Below the pieces are notes generated by a model, which saw only the letters and a list, made by a program, of their open reading frames with translations, did not search any database and was not told the origin of the DNA. Below are positions 27,060 to 36,849 of a stretch of 64,000 bases of DNA, piece by piece. The stretch is taken from the IMG/VR virus record IMGVR_UViG_3300008110_010000, positions 124,001-188,000 of that record. One strand, written 5' to 3'. Position 1 is the first letter of the stretch. Each line of letters starts with the position of its first letter. A program made the translations under genes and the position numbers.

Positions 27060-28063
27060 AAGTAGCATTAATAACGGGGGTAAATGGACAGGATGGATCT
27101 TACCTAGCAGAACTCCTCCTAGAGAAAGGATATTTTGTTCACGGAACTATTAGAAGATCTTCTTCTTTTAATTCTTCCAGAATTGAACATTTTAGAGATC
27201 ATCCTAATTTTAAAAGACATTATATAGATTTAACAGATTACGGGAGTGTTTCCAGTGTTATTTCGAAAATACAACCGGAAGAGGTTTATAATTTAGGTGC
27301 ACAAAGTCATGTTAAAATTTCTTTCGAGATTCCTAATTACACTGGACAGGTTGATGCAATAGGAACATTGAATGTGTTAGAAGCGATTCGCACTCATTCC
27401 CCGAGTTCCAAACTTTATCAAGCTTCGACCTCTGAGCTTTATGGTAAGGTTCAGGAAACTCCTCAAAAAGAAACTACCCCCTTTTATCCAAGATCTCCCT
27501 ATGGAGTAGCAAAGCTCTATGGTTTTTGGATTATTAAAAACTATAGAGAATCCTATGATATGTTTGCATGCAATGGAATTCTGTTCAACCACACATCTCC
27601 TAGAAGAGGAGAAAACTTCGTAGAGAAAAAAATAATTCAAACTCTTTGTGATATCAAAAGAGGAAGAACTGAAATATTAACTTTAGGCAATTTATCTGCC
27701 AAAAGAGATATAGGGCATGCTAAAGAATATGTTGAGGGAATGTGGAGAATGCTACAGCAAGAGAAGCCTGATGATTTTGTTTTAGCCACTGGAGTAACAT
27801 ACTCTATTAAGGAAATGGTGGAAATGGTTTGTAAAAAAATAGGGATAGAAATTTACTGGGAGCCGCAAGAAGTAGGGGAGATAGGCATTGACAGAAAAAC
27901 TAACAAGATAATTGTTGGAGTAGATCCTAAATATTATAGACCAGCTGAAGTTGAACTACTCTTAGGCGATGCTACAAAGGCAAAGGATATTTTAGGATGG
28001 GAACCTAAACTGGATCTTTCACAGATATTTGATGAGATGATAGAAGAAACTATGAAAAGCTAA
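27056..28063 (+). CDS. gmd: GDP-mannose 4,6-dehydratase
   Basis: [66 protein letters not shown]. Confidence 0.97.
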   Translation: MKVALITGVNGQDGSYLAELLLEKGYFVHGTIRRSSSFNSSRIEHFRDHPNFKRHYIDLTDYGSVSSVISKIQPEEVYNLGAQSHVKISFEIPNYTGQVDAIGTLNVLEAIRTHSPSSKLYQASTSELYGKVQETPQKETTPFYPRSPYGVAKLYGFWIIKNYRESYDMFACNGILFNHTSPRRGENFVEKKIIQTLCDIKRGRTEILTLGNLSAKRDIGHAKEYVEGMWRMLQQEKPDDFVLATGVTYSIKEMVEMVCKKIGIEIYWEPQEVGEIGIDRKTNKIIVGVDPKYYRPAEVELLLGDATKAKDILGWEPKLDLSQIFDEMIEETMKS

Positions 28064-28288
28064 TTATTTAGATACTATTTCATTAGCTTTAAGAAGCTGA
28101 TCCAGATCCTTCATTTTATAGCTAGTTTGTCCTGGTGAGCCCCATTTATTTTGATCTCCCCAATTAATGAATCCCTGATTATTTAAATGCTTTCCTGAAT
28201 TATAAGAAAAATCGTATTTTCCCTCTGCTTTGGCAGCCTCTGAAAATTCGTCCATGTTAGATATATTTTTGTAACCGTATTTTTCCAT
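28064..28288 (-). CDS. Small hypothetical protein
   Basis: ORF following 28291(-) by 2 nt; its stop abuts the gmd stop. Confidence 0.5.
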   Translation of the reverse strand: MEKYGYKNISNMDEFSEAAKAEGKYDFSYNSGKHLNNQGFINWGDQNKWGSPGQTSYKMKDLDQLLKANEIVSK

Positions 28289-28290
28289 TA

Positions 28291-28866
28291 TTATTTCTTT
28301 TTCTTTCTATTTGCCTTAGCTCTTTGGTAAAGCTTTTTGTCATGCATTTTAGTTGTTTTACCCCCCGTTACAAAAGAATTAACTCTAGCCATTGCCCATT
28401 GTTGAGGCGTAGTTCCAGGCACGTGTCCGGTTTTCCATGCTGCATAACCCTTTCTCCAGACCTGCTTTAATATTCCTAACGGAAATCCTGTTTTGTCGGA
28501 CTTGTTCTTTAGTGCCTTGTGAACCGGACTTGTAATCTTATCAACGGATTCATTGATAAAATCCTCGTTTTCGTTGATTAATTCCATGAATGCCTCGAGA
28601 AATAATTCCTCCCCCTCGTTCATAGCTTCATCAAACTGGTTGAAATTTTTTAGTAGCTTACTTTCTCCAAACATTTTCTTGTATTTACTTGTATATTTAC
28701 TAGGCTTTGTGTCAACCTTTTTACCAACTCCAGCTTTTCTTGACTTATAATCAGCGTCCCATTCCTGATATGCGCTAGAGTCGTCGTCAGCTTTTTTCCC
28801 ATGTTTTTTGATTTCCTTCTTCATCACATTGGGATTCTTTGTCAAATATTTTTTAGGAAGCTTCAT
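28291..28866 (-). CDS. Two-part basic protein with DUF5824-like domain (LKQVWRKGYAAWKTGH...QWAMARVNSF)
   Basis: C-terminal motif recalled from a family found in large phages and prasinoviruses (unverified). TKPSKYT motif; internal MNE/INE sites. Confidence 0.55.
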   Translation of the reverse strand: MKLPKKYLTKNPNVMKKEIKKHGKKADDDSSAYQEWDADYKSRKAGVGKKVDTKPSKYTSKYKKMFGESKLLKNFNQFDEAMNEGEELFLEAFMELINENEDFINESVDKITSPVHKALKNKSDKTGFPLGILKQVWRKGYAAWKTGHVPGTTPQQWAMARVNSFVTGGKTTKMHDKKLYQRAKANRKKKK

Positions 28867-28872
28867 AATATT

Positions 28873-28880
28873 TATATATC
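28873..28880 (-). promoter_or_regulatory. Putative late promoter motif GATATATA(AATA), minus strand
   Basis: TATATATC on the + strand, 6 nt upstream of the 28866 ATG. Confidence 0.65.
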
Positions 28881-28984
28881 CACAGGGTCGGAATCAAATC
28901 GGGTGATTGGTCTATAATTAATTGCAGAGAAATGTAAAGAATCATGCCTCCATGTTCAATAAGCTCAAAAAAATAATAAACATC

Positions 28985-29572
28985 ATGACGGAAAAGGAAA
29001 CCCCCGAACTAAAGGAAGATTATAGCCAATTTTCCTATCAATGGATTAAAGGAGATCTACTTTCTAAAGTCCAGCACTATCAAGATATAGTTGAAGAAGG
29101 GGATAGAAAATATATAGTTTTTACCGATAAAAGCAGAATTCTATTGGATCTACTTGATGAATATATGATCAGAGTGGATAAGGGATTTGAAGAGATCAGT
29201 GCTCCTTCCCAGGATTTACCAATTTTCCAAGAAGACCCATTAACTCACAAGGGGGTAAAAACGAGGGATACGAAATATGAACCTAAGATTCAGCAAGATG
29301 AAAGTCCTATTTTTTCTCTTTTATCTAAACAGAAAGAAAACTGGGTTGATGTAGATCTCCAATTAAGTATAAATCTGCCTCCAAAAAGTTTATGGGATGT
29401 CTTAGTTTCTTCTTTTGATGATGCTGAAAAAGACATCTTAGAATACGTAACAAAGGATTTAGACATCGAGGTAGTGAGACAATCCCTCAGAAATTCCATA
29501 AAAGATATATATAAAAAGCAAAAGAATATCCCAACTAAAAATGTCAGAACCCAAGATTCTTCTCCAGAATGA
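28985..29572 (+). CDS. Hypothetical protein (start revised to ATG 28985)
   Basis: A-rich leader AAAAATAATAAACATC precedes ATG 28985, in frame with the track ORF 28922. Confidence 0.55.
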   Translation: MTEKETPELKEDYSQFSYQWIKGDLLSKVQHYQDIVEEGDRKYIVFTDKSRILLDLLDEYMIRVDKGFEEISAPSQDLPIFQEDPLTHKGVKTRDTKYEPKIQQDESPIFSLLSKQKENWVDVDLQLSINLPPKSLWDVLVSSFDDAEKDILEYVTKDLDIEVVRQSLRNSIKDIYKKQKNIPTKNVRTQDSSPE

Positions 29573-30059
29573 TCATATAGAGGTTATCGAGATAGGTAAT
29601 AGGGTTGGGATCCAGCAAAAAAATCCTTCCGTTATTATTTTACCATATACAACTGATGAATCCGGTAACCCAAAATCACTAGGACTTATTTCAGAGCCTA
29701 ACTCCCTAAAGGAAGGAGGAATGTCTCTAACTGTGATAACAGGATCCCCCGAAGACTCTGACGAGGATATTTTAGAAACAGCTAAGAGGGAATTGAAGGA
29801 AGAAGCTGGATACGAGATTAATGATATAGAAAAATGGGAATATCTTGGGAACATTAAGACCTCAAAAATTGTAATCAATGGTAATCCTGCATTTGGTGTA
29901 GATGTAACTGGGATGGAAAGAGGACAAAAATCTGGGGACGGATCTAAAAATGAAGAGAATTCCAAGTTTTCATTAGTTAATCTTAGTGATGCTATTAATC
30001 TGGATGATGCTCTAGTTTCCTGTTTATTTTTAAAAATATTTCAAAACAAACTAATTTAA
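29541..30059 (+). CDS. Nudix hydrolase
   Basis: Nudix box GSPEDSDEDILETAKRELKEEAGY. GATATATA at 29504-29511 upstream. Confidence 0.85.
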   Translation: MSEPKILLQNDHIEVIEIGNRVGIQQKNPSVIILPYTTDESGNPKSLGLISEPNSLKEGGMSLTVITGSPEDSDEDILETAKRELKEEAGYEINDIEKWEYLGNIKTSKIVINGNPAFGVDVTGMERGQKSGDGSKNEENSKFSLVNLSDAINLDDALVSCLFLKIFQNKLI

Positions 30060-30060
30060 T

Positions 30061-30342
30061 ATGTATTTACCTTCTAGAAAAGAAAGAAAAGCGCTAGCAA
30101 AAAAATTAGGATTAAAAAAGAAAAAAGAATCATTTAAAGAAATGGTAGAGAGATTCGGAAGATCTCAAGAATATGGAAAAATGATTCATCTTCAACACCT
30201 ACAAAATCAAGAAAATTCTAGGATCAATTTAGAAGAAAACATTGAAACCAATTTAGAAGTAAACCCTCCTATCCAACAAACCCAAGAATGGGAAAAGGAC
30301 GAACTGAAAAAAATTATAAGTGGAGAAACTCCTCAAGCCTAA
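30061..30342 (+). CDS. Small basic hypothetical protein
   Basis: PSRKERKALAKKLG N-terminus; operon-like spacing. Confidence 0.55.
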   Translation: MYLPSRKERKALAKKLGLKKKKESFKEMVERFGRSQEYGKMIHLQHLQNQENSRINLEENIETNLEVNPPIQQTQEWEKDELKKIISGETPQA

Positions 30343-30661
30343 AAAGGATCCCCTCAAGATATATTTAACCTCCCTCTCCTACCGAGAAATCAAAAAGAAT
30401 CTGTCAGACGTAGAGAAGGTACCCTATATTGATGTGACTAAAATAATCACGGAAAATTTTGGAGGTGATAAGGACCTGAATGACATCCAAAATTGGATTC
30501 TAAATCAAATGGTGGTAAAAAAAATTGAATCCTTAAAGGGGGCTAATACCTCTAAAATTTTTGTAATTATAAAGGATCCTAGTAAATCTTCAGCTAAATC
30601 GTTTAAAGAAGTACTTAGAGAATCGGAAATTGGCCCGGTTTCTATAGAGCTGTATCCATAG
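30320..30661 (+). CDS. Hypothetical protein
   Basis: ORF overlapping the previous gene; no motif recognised. Confidence 0.5.
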   Translation: MEKLLKPKKDPLKIYLTSLSYREIKKNLSDVEKVPYIDVTKIITENFGGDKDLNDIQNWILNQMVVKKIESLKGANTSKIFVIIKDPSKSSAKSFKEVLRESEIGPVSIELYP

Positions 30662-30711
30662 CAAATTGTTCACGTCTCTTTTATTGGAATATATAATGTT
30701 AAGATAATGTA

Positions 30712-32556
30712 TTGTATATGTCCAATCACACAAAGGATAATGTATCTAATTTAAGAAATACCTCCTCACAGCTTGCTGACAATCCCCCGATTGTTGGAAG
30801 TAACAAGAAATTCCAGGATTCGATGATTGATAGATCCTCGTATCTTGAAAAATCAATATACTCTTTTAATTCGGATCAAGAGTATGGAGTTTTTGAGAAT
30901 GTTAATGATGCTGTCTCTACACTTCCTAGTTCTCTGTTTTACGAGGCGCAATCTTCAGAGGATGGTAGAAGTGGACTTTTTAATTACCATGTGATAGGAG
31001 ACAGTAGAATGTCTAAGGGTGGGGCAAAGATTACATATATTAAATCTGAAACCTACGAGATGAATCAATCCATCACCCCGGAGATTTCTAGAAATCCTAC
31101 TGCCCATGCGATCATTAAGGAAACCACAGCAAGCGGAAATTACCTTAATCCAAGTAGTAAGTATGTTTCTCAGCCTTTCAACGTGAAAGATTTTATATTC
31201 TGTAAGCATTATGGGGTAATCCCTAATAATAGAATGATAACTCTGAGAAGATTTCCAACTCCAGTAATGGACAACTTAAGGGTACCTACTCCTGGTAAAA
31301 GAGCCCAGTTAACCGACGAGGGAGGAAGGGTAAAAGGAAGTTTTGTAGATGGGGAAGGAATCACACCAAGTCAAATGATAAGAGAAGGAGCAGCACTTCC
31401 TATGGCACAGGCTGTTACTTTTTTTGGAACAGATACCGGAAATAATCTTGAAACAATATTAGGAATAGACACGGGTTTAAAATGGGATCAACCGCAACAG
31501 AAATCAAGAGTAGATCTTCAGGGAAATGATAGAGGATTATTAAATAGCACTTTAGGAAAATATATTGAAGGGATTCTTTCCACTGAAGCAAATGATAATC
31601 TCAGAGGAATTAGTAATTTGCTTGGAACTTTTACAGATCCAGATAACCAAGAACTCCAATTAAGAAGACAATTATTCGATAAATTAACATCTGGTGATGG
31701 TCCACTAAGTAGAAAGATTTTTGTCGACGTTAACACAGTTAATAAAATGTGGGTAAGAGATGTTGGACTTTCAGGAGGAGAGCAATCTTTCACACTTAAG
31801 TTTACTTACAGTTTAACTAGTGTAGGTGAAGTAAACAGCAGAATGTTATTTTTAGATTTATTTGCTAATTTATTAGCACTTGGAACGGATTATGGAAAAT
31901 TTTTAACACCGCAGCTTTTAGTTAATTCTAATAGACAGGGGCTAGGATTTCCTATGGGTAACAAAGGTTATATTCAGCACCTAACACATCCTGTTGAATT
32001 TATAAATTCGATGCTGAAACTCAATTTTAGTGCAGAGGTTAAATCCAAAATAGAAAGTTTAAAAGGTGACGTTGAAAAAGCAAAGGAAGAGTTGGAAGGA
32101 ATAAAAAAAGGAACACCATTAAGTAAGGATGGGAAAATTTATAAGACCCTAACAGCTATGCTTACTAGTGACCTGATAAATCAATTGTATTATGAACCCA
32201 TTATGCTTTCTGGATATCCCACCGGTGAATGGCACGTAACAGTAGGAAATCCACTCAATCCTATTGCTATGATGGGTAACATGATCTGCGATACCGTAAA
32301 GATACGCCTTAATAATGTTTTAGGACCTGATGATTTTCCTACAGAGTTAACTGCTGAATATTCTATGAAATCTGCTAGACAAAAACATAGGGGTGATTTT
32401 GAAAGTATGTTTAACAGAGGAAACGGAAGACTTTATCTTGGTAAATTTGAAATTTCTGACGCTTCTAAAGGAGCACAGATAGGTGCAAAAAGCGGACTGG
32501 ATATTAACACACCAACGGGAGATTCTAGAGATTCATCTGCAGCATTTGCGTCTTGA
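30712..32556 (+). CDS. Putative baseplate/tail-tube-associated protein (likely start ATG 30718)
   Basis: First gene of the baseplate run; IPNNRMITLRRF and GEWHVTVGNPLNPI...GPDDFPTEL motifs. AATATATA at 30688-30695. Confidence 0.5.
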   Translation: MYMSNHTKDNVSNLRNTSSQLADNPPIVGSNKKFQDSMIDRSSYLEKSIYSFNSDQEYGVFENVNDAVSTLPSSLFYEAQSSEDGRSGLFNYHVIGDSRMSKGGAKITYIKSETYEMNQSITPEISRNPTAHAIIKETTASGNYLNPSSKYVSQPFNVKDFIFCKHYGVIPNNRMITLRRFPTPVMDNLRVPTPGKRAQLTDEGGRVKGSFVDGEGITPSQMIREGAALPMAQAVTFFGTDTGNNLETILGIDTGLKWDQPQQKSRVDLQGNDRGLLNSTLGKYIEGILSTEANDNLRGISNLLGTFTDPDNQELQLRRQLFDKLTSGDGPLSRKIFVDVNTVNKMWVRDVGLSGGEQSFTLKFTYSLTSVGEVNSRMLFLDLFANLLALGTDYGKFLTPQLLVNSNRQGLGFPMGNKGYIQHLTHPVEFINSMLKLNFSAEVKSKIESLKGDVEKAKEELEGIKKGTPLSKDGKIYKTLTAMLTSDLINQLYYEPIMLSGYPTGEWHVTVGNPLNPIAMMGNMICDTVKIRLNNVLGPDDFPTELTAEYSMKSARQKHRGDFESMFNRGNGRLYLGKFEISDASKGAQIGAKSGLDINTPTGDSRDSSAAFAS

Positions 32557-32570
32557 TATAATGGAATGAT

Positions 32571-33158
32571 ATGATAACAATAGACACCTTAGAAAATAAA
32601 CCAGTTAAACTAGTTAGAGGTGAAGAAATAGTAGATTTTACTTATAAGTCAATTAACAGTGACACTATCCCTGGATATTCTAGAGTTATTCTAGTTACCA
32701 GGGAAATGACTATGAGGCCAGATCTAATTGCTCATATGTATTGTGGATCACAGAACAAGGTAGGAAGTCTTTTAAAGATAAATTCTATTTCCAATCCTTT
32801 TTCCCTAGATGAGGGAGACATACTTTATATTCCAGATTCTGAAACGATGAGCAATATTATTGCTAAACCAATAGAGGCTGATGCTTCGGAAGCTAGAAAA
32901 TCCTTTAGAAAACAATTACAAGAAAGAATATCCAAGGTTTCTGATCAAAGAAAAGAGTATTTAAATTCAGTAGATATCAGTGCTTCTACCATACTACCTC
33001 CCAACGTAGTAAAAGATGGAGACGAACAATTTAAAGTACTAGACGGAAAATTAATATTCGGATCTGATATTGGAGTATGTAGAACAAAAATTCAGCAGAA
33101 TAAATCTGTTGCAACAATAAAATCAAGATTTGCTCAAAGACAAATTTTTGAAACATGA
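32571..33158 (+). CDS. Baseplate wedge protein, gp53/LysM-like
   Basis: RPDLIAHMYCG...LLKINSISNPFSLDEGDILYIP. Confidence 0.75.
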   Translation: MITIDTLENKPVKLVRGEEIVDFTYKSINSDTIPGYSRVILVTREMTMRPDLIAHMYCGSQNKVGSLLKINSISNPFSLDEGDILYIPDSETMSNIIAKPIEADASEARKSFRKQLQERISKVSDQRKEYLNSVDISASTILPPNVVKDGDEQFKVLDGKLIFGSDIGVCRTKIQQNKSVATIKSRFAQRQIFET

Positions 33159-34681
33159 TAGATCCTAAAAAAACAATTCTCCAGCTTGAAAAGGAAACAA
33201 TAGTATTAGACGAACTTTCTGTTGTTGATGAGATGAATGCTGGGGACAGTTCAAGTGTAAATGCATCACAAAGTAGGGAAGAAATTGATATAGGATACGG
33301 ATTACCCCTGATTAAAATAAACTCTTATGTTGTAAAGAATTTAAAATTTTTCAGACTGGATTTATCAAATAAAATTCCAGATCTAATATTCAGATTTACA
33401 ACAGAGGATGAAACATTTCTTTATACTTCATTTCCTAAGGATGGAGATATTGTTTGTCTTTATATAAGATCAACATCTGAACTCTATAAACCGATAAGAA
33501 TGGATTTATTAGTTACTGAAGTAATAAACTCTTTTCCCATGCTAGAGGACGAAATAGGCGGTGAAGATAATAGAGCTAATGCTACTAGCACAACTTTTAC
33601 TATAAAGGCTCAGATGAGAATTCCTGGAATTTATCAGCACCAATCCAAATCTTACAAAGATCTGACATCTTTTGAGGTTCTAAGATCTGTTGCCAAAGAT
33701 CTAGGTTTAGGATTTGCATCTAACGAGAGTGGAACCGATGATAAGATGAGTTGGATCTGTCCTAACAAAACCTTTTATAAATTCATAGATGATGTTGCTA
33801 ATAGCTCATGGAAGGGTGAAGAAGATTTTTTTGATTGGTGGATAGATCAATATTATGTTTTAAATTTTATCAATCTAAGAAAACAACTTCTAGAAAAAAG
33901 TAAAGACGAAACAAAGATATTAACTGCAATTGGACCGGAGAGGGGAATAGCGGGAGGATTAACTAGTGATGTAAAACCCTCTGAAATCGATTTACCGCTT
34001 TTCTTTACCAATGATTTCTATTATAAAAAATATCCATTTTTTATTAACGCTTATTCTGTTAAGAATGAATCTGGTTATATTGTGAGTAGATTCGGATATT
34101 CCAGGGATCTTCAATTTTACGACACAAAATTAGTTAGTGATAGACCAATTAATAAGTATGTTAGCTATAAAGTTGAATATGTAACCGAGAAAGATTTAGG
34201 TCCTAGTAGCATATTGTTTAAAGGGAGGGTAAACGAAGAGGTTTATAAAAAGGAGAACAAGAAAACATGGATAGGAACTCAATATGGAGAAAATCAGCAT
34301 AAAAATATTCAACAGGCTCAGATACAAAACAAGATAAACAAATATGAGAATTTTAAAGTTTATCTGGAAACCCAAATGCATTCTTATGTTCCGTGGGTCT
34401 ATAGAGGACAGAATGTACCAACTAAGATCGTACATGCTAGTGCTAGACAAGCAGCAGTAAATTCTCAGGAGTATAAAGGAGGTGGACAGAAAGATCCAGA
34501 CCAGTTCCGAGCAGGTGCAAAGGTTGACAATAAATTTCTAAGTGGTGTTTATATGGTCATGGGATCGTATATTGAGTATATAGAGGGTAGGATCAAGCAG
34601 TCGTTTATCCTAGGAAAGAGAGAATGGGTATTAAACGACGGAAGAGGATCAGACCCAGAACCTAAAGTATCTAAAACGTAA
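33155..34681 (+). CDS. Baseplate hub protein, gp27/late-control-D-like
   Basis: TSFEVLRSVAKDLGLGF, MSWICPN, C-terminal SGVYMV; lies between the gp53-like and gp5-like genes. Confidence 0.6.
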   Translation: MIDPKKTILQLEKETIVLDELSVVDEMNAGDSSSVNASQSREEIDIGYGLPLIKINSYVVKNLKFFRLDLSNKIPDLIFRFTTEDETFLYTSFPKDGDIVCLYIRSTSELYKPIRMDLLVTEVINSFPMLEDEIGGEDNRANATSTTFTIKAQMRIPGIYQHQSKSYKDLTSFEVLRSVAKDLGLGFASNESGTDDKMSWICPNKTFYKFIDDVANSSWKGEEDFFDWWIDQYYVLNFINLRKQLLEKSKDETKILTAIGPERGIAGGLTSDVKPSEIDLPLFFTNDFYYKKYPFFINAYSVKNESGYIVSRFGYSRDLQFYDTKLVSDRPINKYVSYKVEYVTEKDLGPSSILFKGRVNEEVYKKENKKTWIGTQYGENQHKNIQQAQIQNKINKYENFKVYLETQMHSYVPWVYRGQNVPTKIVHASARQAAVNSQEYKGGGQKDPDQFRAGAKVDNKFLSGVYMVMGSYIEYIEGRIKQSFILGKREWVLNDGRGSDPEPKVSKT

Positions 34682-36810
34682 TGGCCTTTTTAAGCGATAT
34701 AAAAGATAATGCTACATCGATAGGTAATTCTTCGGATATCCTAAATAGAGGCGTAGACAAAATGAGAACCCAGTTTTTAAGTGGGTTAAAAACAACTACG
34801 TCAGGGCAAAAGGAGGATCCAACTTATACTGGATTTAGACTTATGTTTGATATGGGATATGGAGGATTAGTTGATCCAGAAACATTTTTACCCGTGAGTC
34901 CTTTATTGTCTAAAGGAAGTCTCCAGGTTAGCCCCGGAGGACCTAGAGGTATGAAGCTAGATTCCCCTGTAGATTTTTTCCATCTTTCTAGAAATAAAAT
35001 GATGCCTTTTCCAAACTACACTGAAAGACTTCATTATATGACCGCGGAAGCTTTTTTAAGAGAAAGAAGAAGTGCAGCAGAAAATGGTTTAAATGGTCCT
35101 TTTACTGACAACACTGGAAAAGAGATTCCTTTTGATTCATCCCAACTTTCATCAGGAACAGTTTCCCACAGAGCTGACTCGTTATCAGGATTTAGAAATA
35201 TTCTAACCTCGATCAATGAAAAAAGTCCTTGGTTTATTCAATCAATAGACGGATTGGATCAAATTCTTAAAGTTCCCCTAGCTAGACAAATAGGGGGTGG
35301 TACAGGAAGGGATCAAAGATCTGGTGTTTTAACTTTTGATTGTTTGGATTCAATAGATCTTAGAGTTAATGCTATGGCTGAACTCTATAGAAAAGCGACA
35401 TATGATTTTCAGTATCACAGGGAAATGCTACCTGCGAATCTTAGAAAATTTAGAATGTGGATAATAGTAACAGAGATTAGACAAATGGATTTGCAGAGAA
35501 ATCTTGCAGATGTTCTAAATCCTTTTAATCTATCTGGTGTTAGAAGCGCAGCTCAAACTATATCTCAAATTGCTCAATCTGCAGGAATTTTAAAAAATAG
35601 TGCGACAGAATCAGAAAATCCTAGGAGAGATTTAGAATCTTTGGTTAAATCCTTTGAAAGATTACAACCCTATGTTTTAATTTATCAATTAGATTTATGC
35701 GAATTTAATTTTGACGAAACCTATGCTTTTAGTAGGCTCACAAACAGTAGAAATGAATCTGCTGTGAATGCTAAATTTAAAATTCATGTTGGAGCTGCTA
35801 AGGAGTATAAATTACAGTATAATATTTTATCAGATTTAATTAAAAACCAGTCAAGTCTTTCTCCTATTTTAATTCAGGATAGCTGGAATTTATTAGGATC
35901 TAAAATTCTAATGGAAGGAGTAACATTGGACAATAATCCAAACCTTTTTTCTAGACTTGCTAATAACTTCATAAACAATTCTATTGCTTCGGTTATTCAA
36001 CAAAAAGTAAGTCCTTTGGTGACCGGAGCTCAGTTAGGAAATGCCTACGGATTTAGATTAAGTGATGCAGTTAGATCCTTAAATTCACTTCCTGATATGA
36101 TAAACGGGATCAAGACCATAAAAAGTCCTTTTCAAGATTATCGTCCGCAATCTAAAGGTTTAGGTGGTCCGGAGGAACGACAGTATCCAACTATAAAAGA
36201 GGATCTTTATCCTAACACAAGGGTCGCTCCTGGACAGGTTATAGATAACGTGTTTGGAGAAACCCCAGGGAGAGGTGAGATTCTAAGGGGTGATGTGTAT
36301 CCGGATAATCCGGGAAAAGATCTCGGTTTGCCTACTAGGATGTATCCTACGATAAAGGATGACGAATACAGAAACACCGGTGGAGATTTAAGTAATCAAG
36401 ATTTAGGGGTTCCTGATAGGGTTTATCAAAAAGTAAACGATGACATATACAAAGAATCTCCAGGTTTAGATCTTGGATTACCCAAAAGAGTTTATCAAAA
36501 AGTAGATGACGACGTCTATACCGGGGTACCAGGGAATGATTTAGGAGTACCTGAAAGAGTTTATAGAACTAATGATGGAGAGAAAGATGTTTATAACGAT
36601 GTTCCCGGAAGAGACTTAGGTTTACCCCAAAGAACTTATGCTAGAAACAATGATGATGTCTATCCGAATGTATCTGGTTCTGATTTAGGTGCACCTGAGA
36701 GGGTTTATCCGAATCTAGACGGTGTTGACACATACAATAATGTTCCTGGATCAGATTTAGGACTTCCAAAAAGAAACTATCCAAGTATAGACGAAAACGT
36801 TTACAAATAG
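34681..36810 (+). CDS. Tail-tube-fold baseplate protein (gp54/gp48-like) with C-terminal 23-aa repeat tail
   Basis: DPTYTGF, WFIQSIDGLD, LTFDCLDSIDLRV...LYRKATYD, FRMWIIVTEIR; repeats at the C-terminus. Confidence 0.45.
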   Translation: MAFLSDIKDNATSIGNSSDILNRGVDKMRTQFLSGLKTTTSGQKEDPTYTGFRLMFDMGYGGLVDPETFLPVSPLLSKGSLQVSPGGPRGMKLDSPVDFFHLSRNKMMPFPNYTERLHYMTAEAFLRERRSAAENGLNGPFTDNTGKEIPFDSSQLSSGTVSHRADSLSGFRNILTSINEKSPWFIQSIDGLDQILKVPLARQIGGGTGRDQRSGVLTFDCLDSIDLRVNAMAELYRKATYDFQYHREMLPANLRKFRMWIIVTEIRQMDLQRNLADVLNPFNLSGVRSAAQTISQIAQSAGILKNSATESENPRRDLESLVKSFERLQPYVLIYQLDLCEFNFDETYAFSRLTNSRNESAVNAKFKIHVGAAKEYKLQYNILSDLIKNQSSLSPILIQDSWNLLGSKILMEGVTLDNNPNLFSRLANNFINNSIASVIQQKVSPLVTGAQLGNAYGFRLSDAVRSLNSLPDMINGIKTIKSPFQDYRPQSKGLGGPEERQYPTIKEDLYPNTRVAPGQVIDNVFGETPGRGEILRGDVYPDNPGKDLGLPTRMYPTIKDDEYRNTGGDLSNQDLGVPDRVYQKVNDDIYKESPGLDLGLPKRVYQKVDDDVYTGVPGNDLGVPERVYRTNDGEKDVYNDVPGRDLGLPQRTYARNNDDVYPNVSGSDLGAPERVYPNLDGVDTYNNVPGSDLGLPKRNYPSIDENVYK
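36319..36807 (+). repeat. About 69-bp (23-aa) in-frame repeat, 7 copies, DLG[LVA]PxRxYxxxxDDxYxxxPGx
   Basis: DLGLPTRMY, DLGVPDRVY, DLGLPKRVY, DLGVPERVY, DLGLPQRTY, DLGAPERVY, DLGLPKRNY. Confidence 0.9.
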
Positions 36811-36849
36811 GGTTTTTATATACTCAGATAAATAGAAAAAACCCTTTTT

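Noticed and set aside
19443-28063. Glycan cluster as a bacterial O-antigen/capsule locus or host chromosome
   Set aside because: No flippase, polymerase, chain-length or priming transferase genes; it is flanked by phage genes and carries the phage promoter-like motif. A chimeric assembly cannot be fully excluded without reads.
29541-30059. Nudix gene as the GDP-mannose hydrolase (Gmm/WcaH) of the fucose pathway
   Set aside because: It has a canonical RELKEE Nudix box, unlike Gmm, and is separated from gmd by divergent genes.
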